Shown here: one piece after another, positions 51,528 to 64,000 of the stretch
How positions within the stretch are numbered: position 1 is the stretch's first letter
Layout: each line of letters starts with the position of its first letter
Source: Geosiphon pyriformis uo1
Taxonomy: Eukaryota > Fungi > Glomeromycota
Assembly: GCA_016748015.1 (NCBI GenBank)
Contig: JAAOMT010000003.1
Location: 190,373-254,372, forward strand
Direction: 5' to 3'
DNA: 64,000 bases
Translations under genes and position numbers: made by a program
The notes under the pieces: model-generated
The model's input: only the letters and a program-made list of their open reading frames with translations
The model's database searches: none
What the model was told of the DNA's origin: nothing

Positions 51528-54058
51528 TTTTGAAAAGTCACAAAAGGTAAAGTAGTTTGATTGACATTTCTGTGAGAAAAGATAAGTAACAAAGTTGCTT
51601 AAATATTACACAGCATGTTGATCTTATTGGATTGATTATTGGTGACCATTAGTACTGATCATTTTTTTTAAATTCTTAATTTTTCGTAACTTTATTTTTA
51701 TAGTTAAAATTTTCGAGCATGTCTTCATTTCTGTGAAAATAGATGAGTTTTTATTTTTGCATCATATGATAACTTCTTTTTAAGTGTGAACGTTCAGAGT
51801 TTTCAATCCTTTGCTATAAAGAATCATCCATCCATGACCGAGAAAAGAAAGTATTTTTAAAATTTTAAAACCAATCCTGGAAAAAGTTCTGGGAATATAA
51901 TACGAGTATTCATCAAGGCGTGTGGTGCAATATGATGAATTGAAGGAATAGGAATCCAAGAAACCAGAAATTGTATTCTCAGAGATCAAGTCACTCGAGT
52001 TATTTTATCTGAAACTTTTGATTATCAATATCCTTTGAAATAATAAACTGTGCGGCGTGTCAATAATCTACTTGGTCAATTTGATTACTCCAAGGAACCA
52101 TTTCGAGTATCCAGCTAAAACTTTGAAATTAAAAAACACCATTAATTCTTGTTTGGGTTTTCTTCGAAGTAAGAGCTAATGAAAGCATTTTTTCGCATTC
52201 AAAATTACACCCAAGAATTCAAAAGTAATTTGGAAAAAATATTTGTGAATTAAATAAGTTTAAAATAAACATAACATCAGAGAAGGGAGGGGGGAAAATT
52301 AAAATCTCTGTTGAAAACGCTAAGAAGGGAACGAAACTCTTATTAAGCTCGGCACTTTCACAAAGAATATCCAACTTCCAATCATCTTTGACTAATCCAG
52401 TTCAAACATATCCCATCTATTTGAAGTGGCAAAGGAATATTAAAGCCAGCAATGAATATATATTTCTCTCTGTTTAGCTTATAAATATTATCCAGATAAT
52501 ATTAGCATAGTTTCAGAATGAGATAGCGAAACTTGAACAGATTAAGAGTCGCTTTAAATCCAATAGATCATGTGATATAATTCCGTGGGTTTTTTTGACC
52601 TTGGGAAAATTTTACTGTTATCAAGTAAATCAATTTGGAAGTCATGAAATCACATTAATGCCCAAAATATCTAGTATTTACCTGAATAGTCAAGATATTA
52701 AATGGTGAATAATGCGGTAATCCAAATAATCAACCTAGATATGCATCCACAGTTTTTAAAAGGACGAAAATTCCTTTATATTTTTTAAGAAATCGCATCA
52801 AGAAGGAAATCTTGGACAAGGTTCTATAAAAATCAAAAAAAAATTCAAAATCTTCCCAACACAAATACATTCTGTAAAAACGTTTACTACCAACCTTTCT
52901 TGCTATTGATCCCAATTATTATTATCAGATACCTCTTTTTGGAACTGCCAATTTGGAAGCAAAATCATCCCTATATTAATAGGTCCCATATATTATTCTT
53001 CGACTGGATAAAACAGAAGTAACTTTTAAGAATTAAAATTATTTCGAGAAACAAATTAGAAATTCATGAAAATCCATCTGATTTTATATACCTTTTCACC
53101 TTTAGAAAAATGGTAGGTTAAAATTTTCCTCCTGAAAACTTGTCCCTGTCCGAAGAGGTATAAGATTCATTTCCCACCAGTAATCTGCTCCAAATATTAC
53201 TCTTGGACCCAAACACATGGTGGCAAAATATAAAAGATTGCTCTTAAATCCTATTATTGGTATATAACTTTTTCTAGCAGGTGATGAGATTAACGCAAAA
53301 AAAAAGCATATATTCACTTGATATATATATGGGATGGCCTTTGAACTGGTCCTTCTTATCCTTTTAAGAAACGGAATTTAAAAATAGTTGAGTAAAAAGA
53401 CTATATGAAATTTAAACCATTTTTTAGTAAAACCCTTTGATGAAGGAAGCTTCTCCCTCCTCTCACCCACTTGCTTTATTAGTTAGGGAAACTATCTCTT
53501 TCGCTCTGATTCATAATAAAGATATATTACATTGGTCATATTATTTATCATTGTGAACCCATGGTTAATTTTCATGTGTTTTTAAATTTCACATGTTTTC
53601 TCCAAACTAAAATCACTAAAGAGAGCTCTAGGCCTGACATGCTCAAATCTTTACTAGAATGAAAGATAATGGCAAATTTTATGTAATGAAACACAAATTT
53701 GAGTTCATTGTCAAAGAGATTAATCTGCGCAATATAATTTGAATACAAAGGTCTTTATCATAAGTCTGCACTATCTTTTGAAATTCAATTTCATTCAAAC
53801 ACAATCCTGGTATAAAATCTTTTGACACGAATAAAACTTTCGAATCTAATTATTGACTTAAAATGGTGTGGACCTATTTAAGAGATACTTCAAGAAAGAT
53901 GGGATCAGAAAACCATGTGAAAGAAGTTTATCACTGATTAAATCGATCATTAACAATAACGCTCTAAGATGTGTTGAATTCCGTTTTAAAAAGAACTCTG
54001 GCCAACTACCTCAGATTAAAAAAACCTCAAAGCAGCAGATTATAATCTTAAATACCAA

Positions 54059-54577
54059 ATGAGCGTCCCACAAAAATATTCTAAACAATATTCCTCATCG
54101 CGTGCGTATCATTCACGGTTAAGAAATATCTCATCCGTCGATGACAGGAATAATCATAATAATTTTTTAGATCCACCTTCACCGACACAGCATTACGACG
54201 AATTTCTACTTCAATATAACTTGGGTTCAAACGTTAACAGCACAGTCCACGGTATCGATATTGCCCTTCAACATGTAGCTGAAAGGAATGCTCTGCCACC
54301 AGCACCATTAACAATTTTTCTCGAGATTTTTCAGATCCTAAAATCCTCGATTGAATCGGTATATAACCTCGTATCCCTAAATCCAATGTTGCACGCCGCT
54401 ATAATAATTTCAATTATTATCACGTCACCCATTTGGGTGGTTATCGTTATTCCGGTTTTTTCAATTTTCGGTATTGGAATATACGTACATGTAACGACGA
54501 TATGCTATGGAACATTGTTTTGTGGGTTAAAAGTGTTGGAAATCGTGAAGAATTGGAAGGAGAATTTCGATTACTAA
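54059..54577 (+). CDS. Hypothetical 172-aa protein with long C-terminal hydrophobic segment
   Basis: ATG-started ORF with gene-like G+C and CpG content, hydrophilic N-terminus and an essentially uncharged stretch of ~50 aa (MLHAAIIISIIITSPIWVVIVIPVFSIFGIGIYVHVTTICYGTLFCGL). Confidence 0.65.
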   Translation: MSVPQKYSKQYSSSRAYHSRLRNISSVDDRNNHNNFLDPPSPTQHYDEFLLQYNLGSNVNSTVHGIDIALQHVAERNALPPAPLTIFLEIFQILKSSIESVYNLVSLNPMLHAAIIISIIITSPIWVVIVIPVFSIFGIGIYVHVTTICYGTLFCGLKVLEIVKNWKENFDY

Positions 54578-54602
54578 CATGAAGAATTTTTACTAAATAA
54601 AA

Positions 54603-54628
<26 letters not shown>
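54603..54628. repeat. (TGAT)n microsatellite
   Basis: tgattgattgattgattg directly visible. Confidence 0.85.
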
Positions 54629-54633
<5 letters not shown>

Positions 54634-57600
54634 ACATTTTAAGAGCCATTGAAGATGTATTGGAAAAGCTTTGGTAAATGGATATTTCAGTAAATATTTC
54701 TTTGCAAATATAATCAAAAATTTTTTTGAAATTTAATAAACGTTCCTGGTTGAAAAATAATCTATAAAATTAATGTTAAATATGGGGGGGGGGAGAGGGG
54801 GAAGGTACTTGAATAAAATAGATTTTGTTTTTTTAAACATTTTTTCCTTATTTTGTAATTCAATTTGTGACAACAAGAAAGGTAAGTTTATAACTAAACT
54901 TAAAGAATTCCTGGATTAAGATTTTATTAAAGAGATGTCAATTCGTAGCAGTAATATCCTCACATATAATTGAAAAATGAATTTCTTTAACGAAAAATTT
55001 TCATGCATGATAAAATTGGAAAAATTGTAATTTAAGCCAATTTTTTTTTATTTGATTGATTGAACTAATTTGATGATGAACATTATTTATTTCTCAATAC
55101 TAGGAAAAAGAAAATATTTTTAATAAAAAAGTATTTTAATCAAGAATTATCTTATTAATGATATCTATTAGATTAAAGATGGGATATTTCCTTAAATATT
55201 TATAATTAAAAGAAAAAATATTTTGTTTGACCCATCAAAAAAATCAATGATATAAATTATATATTATATATTAAATTTTCATAGCATAAAAAACAAAAGA
55301 TATCTTCTGACCATGAATTCTTCTTGTGGCTCATCCCTTTGAATATGCCTTTAAATTTTACGAAATCAACACATATTCCACCCAATGAGAAATTAATCAA
55401 GAATTTCCCATAAATAAACAAAGGATCTTTCAGAGAATCCAAACCAAGAGCTAAATATAATGTTAAATTTTATAATCTTGATGCGTATTGCTACTTTTTG
55501 TTCTATAAAGATTATCATTTCTAATGATGAACGTAGGAAAGATTAGCTTGATAGACGCACCTCTCGATTATTTCGACAAAGTATCACAGAGTTTATAAAT
55601 GAAATGTCCCGCGACACATCGATCGAATGATTTCCAAGATATTAATAATGGAAATTCGAAAGCTATTTCCAATAACCATATATTAATAAACAAAAACGAT
55701 CCAAATTTATATGACCACAAACATTTATTGCCAAGTGCACTAAATTTCTGTGCAACTATGATGAAAATTATTAATCAATGAAAATGAAACATGTAATTTT
55801 AAACAGTTATTAAAATTCACCATCATAAAATTATAACAAGATTTGTGTATAAAGTCACAAAACAACTCTAAACAATAATTTTGTCGATTATTAAAACTTA
55901 AGAATTTATAAATTTTAATTTTTCCCGAAATTTTGGAAAAAGTTTTAAAATTTTTAAAGTTTAGCGAAAACTAATTGCCAAGTTTCTTGATTAATAATTT
56001 ATAACATAATCTTAAGATTTTTATTTTTATCAAAATTAAGTTAATAAATGAAAATTTAAATAATAGATAAAAAATTATATTTAATAAAACAATAAATAAT
56101 TTTAAGTTATTACTTTTAAAAGAATAATATAATTTGTACCTCCAAAATAATTATAATTATAATTATAATATTATAAAAATTATCTTATTTTTAAAACATA
56201 GTTTCGAAAACAGAATTTATAATAATATTTAAGATATTATATTATTTAGTTTTATTTTCAAAATTAAATAATTTTTTCATGTTAAAAAATATTTTTTATT
56301 ATTAATTGTTTTATTCATAAATAATAAAAAATAAATTAATTTTAAACAATAAATTTTATTTATACATTTTAATATTTTTTAAAAAGATATTTTTAGTTGT
56401 AAATTATCTTTAAATTAGAATTTTTATTGATTAAGGGTAATTAATATTAAATAAAAAAAAATTTTAATTCAAAAAAAGACAGAGGCAAGATTGACTCTGC
56501 TTAAAAAGAAACCATAAGATGTTAATCAAATGCTTTTAAGCCAAAAATCTATATTATATAAATCAATTGAAAAAAACTTGATGGTTCAAGCACTTACTAT
56601 AATTATTAAATATGCTTAAATTCATTCTAAGACATTATTCAAGCTATACATTTTAAATGGTCAAAAAAATTAAAAAATTCAAATTCTCACACCCTTCGCT
56701 CCAAGTTTCCAAAAATTGTAGCCAAGACCACATTCATATTTAGTGTGCTTTCCATTTTAATTTACACGCATAAACATTGTTTACATCTTCTAAACTGTCT
56801 TTTCCAATTTTAAAGAAACAAAGAGCCCAGAATTCATTTGATAAGTCAAAACTATAAAAAAAAAACAATTCTATGTCCCTGCTTCGGGATGACGTTCCGA
56901 AATTCAGATTTAACCAAAAAACAATCATTAATTCAATAAGGCTCAAGTATTACAAAAATTTTAAATTATCAGATAGCGCCAAGTCTTATCGTTGATTATA
57001 TAAAAAGTCAAATTTTTTTTTTATACTAATTGTATGGCAATATTAAATAGCAAATCCCCCAGTTTTTCTTTTATAAAACAATAATCACTATCACCGTAAT
57101 CGACTGTGATTGTGAATTGTTAAGTAAAATGTGATTTCTGTCGGTCTTGTGAAACGATTTTATCTATTCAAATGTGATGCTCTAGAAATGGCTAGTATAA
57201 TTACAGATAATTGAGTGCTACATGTAATATCAAATTAAACTCTTTTGCATCGGAACAAAAAATTCCTCTGTTAAAAGAAAGATAGACACATGGATCATTT
57301 TGAATTCATGATCCTCATTGATAGAAAGGAGTTTAATATCGCCGAAGTCCCGATTTAGTAACCAAAAAAATTGCCTTAATTCTATTGCCTATTGTTTCCA
57401 CTCTATCAGGAAAGTCACCTTTAATATTCAAAATTCAGCGGATGTGACATTATTGTACTTTTTCACTAAATCTTTATCCCCACTTCTTTTCATATATTAC
57501 CCATTATTGTGAATGCTTTGCACATCTTGGCCCAGGAACAAACTTGCTAACCGGGACTGAAAAATGCCATTTGATCAGGCTTTTATTATCTGTCCTAATT

Positions 57601-57919
57601 GCTATTACCATTACACGTGTTTTAAACCTTTCTCTGTGTACCAGTAGAAATATCATCAGTAAATTTTTCTTTAAATACCTCCAAACCCCCACGACTTTTC
57701 AAAAACTGGGAAATAATTAAAAGATTATATATATTAATAAACGCTAAGATCTTGACTGCGAATTTTTCCTCGTTCAATTAAAAACAACCATAAAAACTTT
57801 AGACAAAAAGAAAGAAAACGTTTCACCACCAAAAAAGTTACAAAAATAATCACTACCTTTCCCTCAAACACCCTTAAACGCGTACATATACCGAAACAAA
57901 TAGACATAATATAATCACT

Positions 57920-60900
57920 ATGGAACACCTCTCGCCGAACTCGGCCGCAACCGACCATCACACAGAAAGTCAAATTTCATTGAACTCAGCAAGTGGTGTG
58001 TCGAGCCTGTCGGGGCAAAATCTCGTCAAGCCACGACCCTCGCCTAATTTGTTCAAAGTGTTTTTCGCACAGTTATGGATTATGGTCAAAAGGAATTTCA
58101 TTTTACAGGTTGATAGTTCTTTCTGTCATTTCCAGTATTTCGATTCATATCATTTTTCTGATTTATTGATATATTTTGATCTGCTACTATATCATCACAG
58201 CTCCGATACCGAAAGTCAACAATATCACAGGCTCTCGTTGGTCCTCTTTTGTTCTTGATCCTTTTATTAATTCTTCAAAAAGCTGATAATTCGGTCCAAA
58301 GGGAATCTTATTTACATCCAAAATCTTATCCGTTGTTAGGATTACTGCCGTGTCAGGTTTGAAATAAATAAATCTGTGATGATTGTATATTTTCAACATA
58401 TTTTCATCAATTTTCATTTATTATTTTTGATTTATAAGGGAGTTAACGATAATGATCGATGTATTAATGTGCTATACACACCTGATACCGGGGATAACAA
58501 GAAAATTATGCAAGTCTTTTCGGCTAATAATCAAAAACGAACGGGTAAATCTATTCCTCTGGAAGATACCAAAATTGGTAATTAAAAGCCCATTTATCCC
58601 AATATCTTTGTGGTTTACCCTCTGGACTCATATCTAACCAATTTTCATTTTTTCTCTCAAGATATAAATTACAAACCTGAAAAAAATATGGGCATCATCG
58701 CCGTACCGGATGCTCCTTTCATCTTTAACTACACGCTCAATAATCCAAACGTCACCTTGTTTGGTATCGAATTCACCAGTGTTCCTGGACCACCAACCAA
58801 TTATCGTTATCAAATTTGGTTCAATAGCACCCAGAGTAACAACAATTCGGATGTATTTAGTGAACAATTGTTATCTTTTCAACGGGGTATTGATGAAGCC
58901 ATTGGTAAGCTCAAATCAATCGTTTTGCCAATTAATCTCGACTCGATTATACATCCATTCATTCTCTTTGTGATTTAGTCACCGTGGCCACTAATTCGAC
59001 AACCGGAAATACAGATTCACCAGCATTTAATGTGAGAATAAAGGATTGGCCGATCGTTCCCCCAAAAAATATTAGTGATCAAATCGTAGCTTCGCTTGGA
59101 TCTTTGTTCTTCTTTTGTGCCGAAATGATTATTTTCATCTCAGTTTTGAACACAATTGTCACGGAAAAAGAACAAAAATTAACAGATAGTTTAGTGATGA
59201 TGGGTCTCAAGAAAGAGGTCTATTGGCTGGCTTATTTCATTTCAAACGCTTGGCTTATCGTATTTTGCTCCTTGATCACTTGTGTCTTCGGTTTTGCCTT
59301 TGATTTCTCCGTATTCAGAAATACCAATTTCATAGTATTGCTGATTACATTTATCTTATTCGGTCTCGCTATGGTCACATTCGCTTTCTTCATTACCACC
59401 TTCTGTCGCTCGGCTCGTGTCGCTGTGCTTGTCGGAATCTTTTTGTTCATAATTGGGCTCTTGTTTCAGTCGTTGGTATTTTCATCCTCGTTCGTTGGTT
59501 ATATTTGGTGGGATGAAAATACGAGCAGTATTGGTTGGATAATTTTGATGTTTATCCCGTTCTTCAACTTTGGAAAAATGTATTTGGATATGACACAATT
59601 GTCTGCCGGAAAATTCGACTTTTTAACTGAAACACGTGTTCCCGGGCCTGGATTCCATTGGAATGATCTTTATAACAAAATTCCTTTAAATTATCTCCCA
59701 TCTTATTCCTCTTCTGGTCGTAAACCTGATGTTCCAATCCCTGTTCAAAGTTGGTACTTGTTGCTCATGAACATTGGTGTCTATTTGGTTCTCACTTGGT
59801 ACTTTGACAAAATCATTCCAGATGAATTTGGGTCACGTCGTTCTCCCTGGTTCTTTTTGACGCCCAAATATTGGGGTTTGAAAATTTCAAAAGGGTATAC
59901 ATTGGAATCTTGGTTAGCTAAATATCAAGGAGCTGGCGTTGAGGCCCATACTAATGAAGATGTTGACGTTGCCAATGAACGATCTTTAACTTTTGATCCG
60001 AATCATGATGTTGCCCTCCGAATTGGCAATTTGCGAAAAGTCTTCAGATACTCATTATTCGTCAAAAGCAAACTCGATAAAGTGGCTGTAAACGATTTAT
60101 GCTTAACCCTGAAAGAAGGGAGATGTTTGGCATTACTCGGTCAAAACGGTGCTGGCAAAAGTACATCAATGAACATTTTATCAGGTCTGACCCCGTCAAC
60201 ATCCGGTGACGCGTTACTTTATGGTCTCAGTGTACGAGAAGACATGGATGAGATTCGAAAAATCATGGGTGTTTGTCCACAACACGATATTCTTTTCAAT
60301 GATCTCACGGCTCGTGAACATATTGAATTATACGCTGGAATTAAAATGGTTCCGCCCGAAGAAGTCAAAAAATTAACTGAAGAACGATTGGCAGCCGTAC
60401 GTCTCCTTAAAGTCGCAGATAAACCTGCTGGCACATATTCAGGTGGTATGAAGCGGCGTCTGAGCATGTTAATTTCCACAATTGGTGACCCACAAATTAT
60501 ATTTATGGACGAACCTACGACTGGTATGGACCCAGTTAATCGGCGTCACGTGTGGAGCTTTGTGGAGAATTTCAAACGTGGTCGGGTGATCGTACTGACT
60601 ACACATTCAATGGAGGAAGCCGATGTATTGGGTGATCGTATTTGTGTGATGGCCCATGGACGCTTACGCGCCTTGGGAAACTCTATTCATCTAAAGAATC
60701 GATTCGGTGCCGGATATCGTGTCTCCCTTGTAACACACCCACAGGATTCTTCACATGTTAAACAATTAATCCAAAATCGGATACCTAGTGCCGTATTAGA
60801 AGATGACTCAGCAGGCGCCTTAATATATGAACTTCCTGTTTCCGGATTATCCTCGCTGCCATCCCTCATAAAATGGTTAGAGGATAACAAGGATATGAGT

Positions 60901-61134
60901 TCTGTTGAACCAGGCAAGAGTTTAATTACTGCCTGGGGTGTAAGTCAGAAGGGTTTAGAAGAAGCATTTTTGAAGCTGTGAGTATTATATTTATAATGAG
61001 TTTGAGCATGAAGATAAACTGAAATATATTAACTCATTATTCTCTTTCTTAGTATTCGAGAAGCGAACCCAAATGGTTACGAAGGTTACGAGGCACAACA
61101 ACCCCCACCAGAGATAACAATCCAAGCCCCTTAA
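57920..61134 (+). CDS. Half-size ABC transporter, subfamily A (second, divergent type); 6 exons
   Basis: Exons 57920-58108, 58201-58356, 58439-58577, 58662-58904, 58979-60977, 61053-61134 join in frame. IVTEKEQKLTDSLVMMGL, Walker A GQNGAGKST, GVCPQHDIL, YSGGMKRRLS, FMDEPTTGMDPVNRRHVW, LTTHSMEEAD, GLEEAFLKLI. Confidence 0.94.
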
Positions 61135-61847
61135 TAGAAATTCATTTGTTTTATAATTCCCCATTTTGCATAGCATCCAAGATATTGTGATCAATAAGAT
61201 CATTAATAATAGCATTGAACAATTTAATCTTGTCAATGATCAATATTCAGATATAAAAAAATTATTTTGATAAAAACCATGTACTTTATGACAACTTTCT
61301 TATAATCAATTATCATGCGATCTTTTTTGGAATACCTAATAATTGGTATTTGGTTTAATACGCACTACCCTCTTCCCATTTTTCAAGTTGTTTTTTTCTC
61401 ATCCTTTTTTAATCAAAAATGAATCTCGTAAATAATAGAATGGAAAAGATGAAATTATTTGCTTCTTATTTATAGGAATTATTGTGATTAATTAATGAAA
61501 AACTCGGATGATTATTATCTACTACTAACTCAACAATATATTACCTGTCTAGCGTGGTTGTTGATTTCGAATGATGTTAAGAGTCAAGTGGTACAAGTAT
61601 AGAGAATACCATCTAAATTTTGAGCATGTTTAGACGAGAGCGTGAACGATAGGCTTTTATGTCGTTGAGATCAACTAGAATATAAAATCAATTAATCCTT
61701 AAAATTTGATCAATGCAATGTGTTGCTTGATCCATATAGATTAAAAACTTTGGATTTTTAAATCCTTCTGTCAAAAATAATAAGCTCAATATCACCTATA
61801 AATATTTGAAAATTTCCTTTTTCCCACATCTATGTTAACTTCCAGAT

Positions 61848-63032
61848 TCACCTACTTGCATGTTTTTTTTCAAACTCGTTCATATACTCAATAAGGGCTT
61901 CAACACCTTCCAAGGGCATAGCATTATAGATACTAGCCCGAATCCCACCAACACTACGATGTCCCTTCAATTGATACATCCTCAACTCGCCAGCCCCCTG
62001 TAGAAACTCTTTTTCCAAATCAGGTGGGTCAATTCGAAAAGGCGCATTCATTCTTGATCTTACTCGTTTATCCACTGGTGAGTGATAAATTCTCGACTGA
62101 TCAATTGTCTCATATAATTTTTGAGCTTTAATAGCATTTACAGCTTCAATTGCTTCAACGCCACCATTCTCTAACAAATGCTCGAACACTAAATGAGCCA
62201 TGTAAATAGAAAACATTGGCGGTGTGTTGTACAAAGAATTGTGATCTGACATGGTTTTGTAATCCATAATAGTTGGTACAACAGGTAACCCCAGTTCATG
62301 AGTATCGATCGATTTGGCGGGCGTCAACAAATCCTCACGAACGATCACCAAGGTAACCCCAGCAGGGCCGATGTTTTTTTGTGCCCCAGCATAAATCACA
62401 CCAAACTTGGCAACATTTACACGACGTGACAAAATGTTCGACGACATATCACACACAAGTGGAACTGACGGATCTACTTCGGGGACATGGTCAAACTCCA
62501 CCCCGTTTACCGTTTCGTTATCGCAATAATAAACAAAAGCAGCCTTAGAACCGCTTAGCTTCCACTCTGATTTAGGGGGGATCGTCCCAAACTTACCTTT
62601 AGCCTTCTTCACATCAAAAACTATATTCACATTTGAGTATAACCTCTTCGCTTCTTGTGCAGCTTTCGCAGACCAAGATCCAGTAATTAGGTAATCTAGC
62701 GGGGGATTAAAATCTTCATTTTTTATCGTCGAACCTAAGTTTTGTTTTTTTGCAGCCAGCAAATTGTACACTACCGCCGAAAACTGGGTATGCCCACCCC
62801 CCTGCATGAACAGTATCTTGTAATTTTTGGGGATATGGAGGAGTGAGCGGAAGTCACGCTGAGCTTTGTTCAGAAGATCTTCGAATTCTCGGGAGCGGTG
62901 CGAAAGTTCCATGATTGACATGCCAAGATTATTGTAGTTGAGAAACTCAGATTGAGCGCGAAGTAGGACCGAAGTTGGTATGACTGCCGGGCCTGCGCCA
63001 AAGTTCCATATTTTCGGGGGAGAGTTTGTCAT
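61848..63032 (-). CDS. SER1: Phosphoserine aminotransferase (class V PLP enzyme), 394 aa, intronless
   Basis: NFGAGPA, SIMELSHRS, LFMQGGG, YYCDNETVNGVEF, DMSSNILSR, PLP-lysine motif YAGAQKNIGPAG, SLYNTPP, LKGHRSVGGIRASIYNA. Confidence 0.97.
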   Translation of the reverse strand: MTNSPPKIWNFGAGPAVIPTSVLLRAQSEFLNYNNLGMSIMELSHRSREFEDLLNKAQRDFRSLLHIPKNYKILFMQGGGHTQFSAVVYNLLAAKKQNLGSTIKNEDFNPPLDYLITGSWSAKAAQEAKRLYSNVNIVFDVKKAKGKFGTIPPKSEWKLSGSKAAFVYYCDNETVNGVEFDHVPEVDPSVPLVCDMSSNILSRRVNVAKFGVIYAGAQKNIGPAGVTLVIVREDLLTPAKSIDTHELGLPVVPTIMDYKTMSDHNSLYNTPPMFSIYMAHLVFEHLLENGGVEAIEAVNAIKAQKLYETIDQSRIYHSPVDKRVRSRMNAPFRIDPPDLEKEFLQGAGELRMYQLKGHRSVGGIRASIYNAMPLEGVEALIEYMNEFEKKHASR

Positions 63033-63062
63033 CTTAATAATTAATTTCGAAAGTAATAAGAG

Positions 63063-63104
63063 GATGAGTAAATGAGATTTGGTGCTTGAAAATTTTTACT
63101 CATC
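63063..63104. promoter_or_regulatory. Perfect 10-bp inverted repeat containing two TGAGTAA/TTACTCA bZIP-like sites upstream of SER1
   Basis: GATGAGTAAA at 63063-63072 and TTTACTCATC at 63095-63104, 31-72 bp upstream of the SER1 ATG. Confidence 0.45.
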
Positions 63105-64000
63105 TGATCGTAGTAGGTGATAGGCCGCAAATTATTTTTAGCAGGATTATCAATTATAATTGTTGTTTCTTGAAAAGTTTAAGAATTATCTGTACTGTAA
63201 GATTCCCAACTTAAAACAGTTTCTTTGACCTGAGCTTGGGCTTTAGTGATAATTGATATCTTCACAGCCCGCTCGGTGAGGCTTGTCGTGTTATGCGCGT
63301 CAACATTGAATCAAAAGAGATTAAATAGGAAGCCAATTTACATAATATTCTCAAAAAATCAAATATCACCTCTACGAACTTTTTTGCCCTCAGAGTAATT
63401 TAGTTAATTGCCTTAATCTGTTCATACATCCACATTTACCAAACTAGCAGCAAGAAAAAAAGCTTATATACCAAAAAACATGTTATTAATGAGTGGTATT
63501 AACATATAAAAAGCTTATTATCAAGTATTACAGTTACATTTGTTTTACCAACCTAATTTAATTCATCAATATTGGTGAAATACATATTTTTTTAAAAAAA
63601 AGACCATGTTAAAATTATCATTAAAATTGGTAAAGTTTTTGTATAAATAACATTTTAATATTTTGATAAATACAACATGTATATTTTATTTTATAATCTT
63701 GATCTTGAAAAACTTGTACAATTATAGTTACAAATAATATTTTAAATATATAAAACCAATTTGCAAATTCTAATACTTATATTATATATTTATATACTAT
63801 TATTTACTAATTAAATAAATAAATATATTTAACATATAAATGCTAATTAATTAATTAATTAATTAATTAATAAATAAATAAAAATTGTCTATAAATCAAC
63901 TTCAAATTTTTTTTGGAACCATTTCACACTGAATATATATTTTTTATAATCTATTAAAAATGTATTACTCGAAATCTCAACAAGTTTCAGGTTAAAAAAA

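Noticed and set aside
54784-54805. G-tract as a G-quadruplex
   Set aside because: Short isolated run with no supporting context.

Overview
AT-rich eukaryotic (fungal) genomic DNA with short GT-AG introns. Gene content and repeat style suggest Glomeromycota, possibly Geosiphon-like; this is an inference, not a database result. Supported genes: two intron-containing half-size ABCA transporters about 51 kb apart (2594-6476 and 57920-61134, both +), an O-fucosyltransferase-family glycosyltransferase, a class I SAM methyltransferase with an N-myristoylation-like start, two secreted Ser/Thr-rich surface proteins, a tail-to-tail pair of paralogous Git3/cAMP-receptor-like GPCRs with three shared intron positions, a Sel1-repeat protein, a small hydrophobic-hairpin protein and phosphoserine aminotransferase (SER1). 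Repeats: a full-length dead LINE (37604-44401; ORF1 with CCHC knuckle, ORF2 APE-RT-RNase H, poly(A), 13-bp TSD), a decayed IS630/Tc1/mariner-type transposase, a ~130-bp inverted-repeat element at the window start, several very AT-rich fossil-repeat blocks and many microsatellites. Best leads: the complementary half-ABCA pair (possible heterodimeric lipid transporter), the GPCR pair, directional C>T/G>A erosion of repeats that is not limited to CpG, and an inverted pair of bZIP-like sites just upstream of SER1. No CRISPR array, rRNA or tRNA was found. All exon structures were read by eye.
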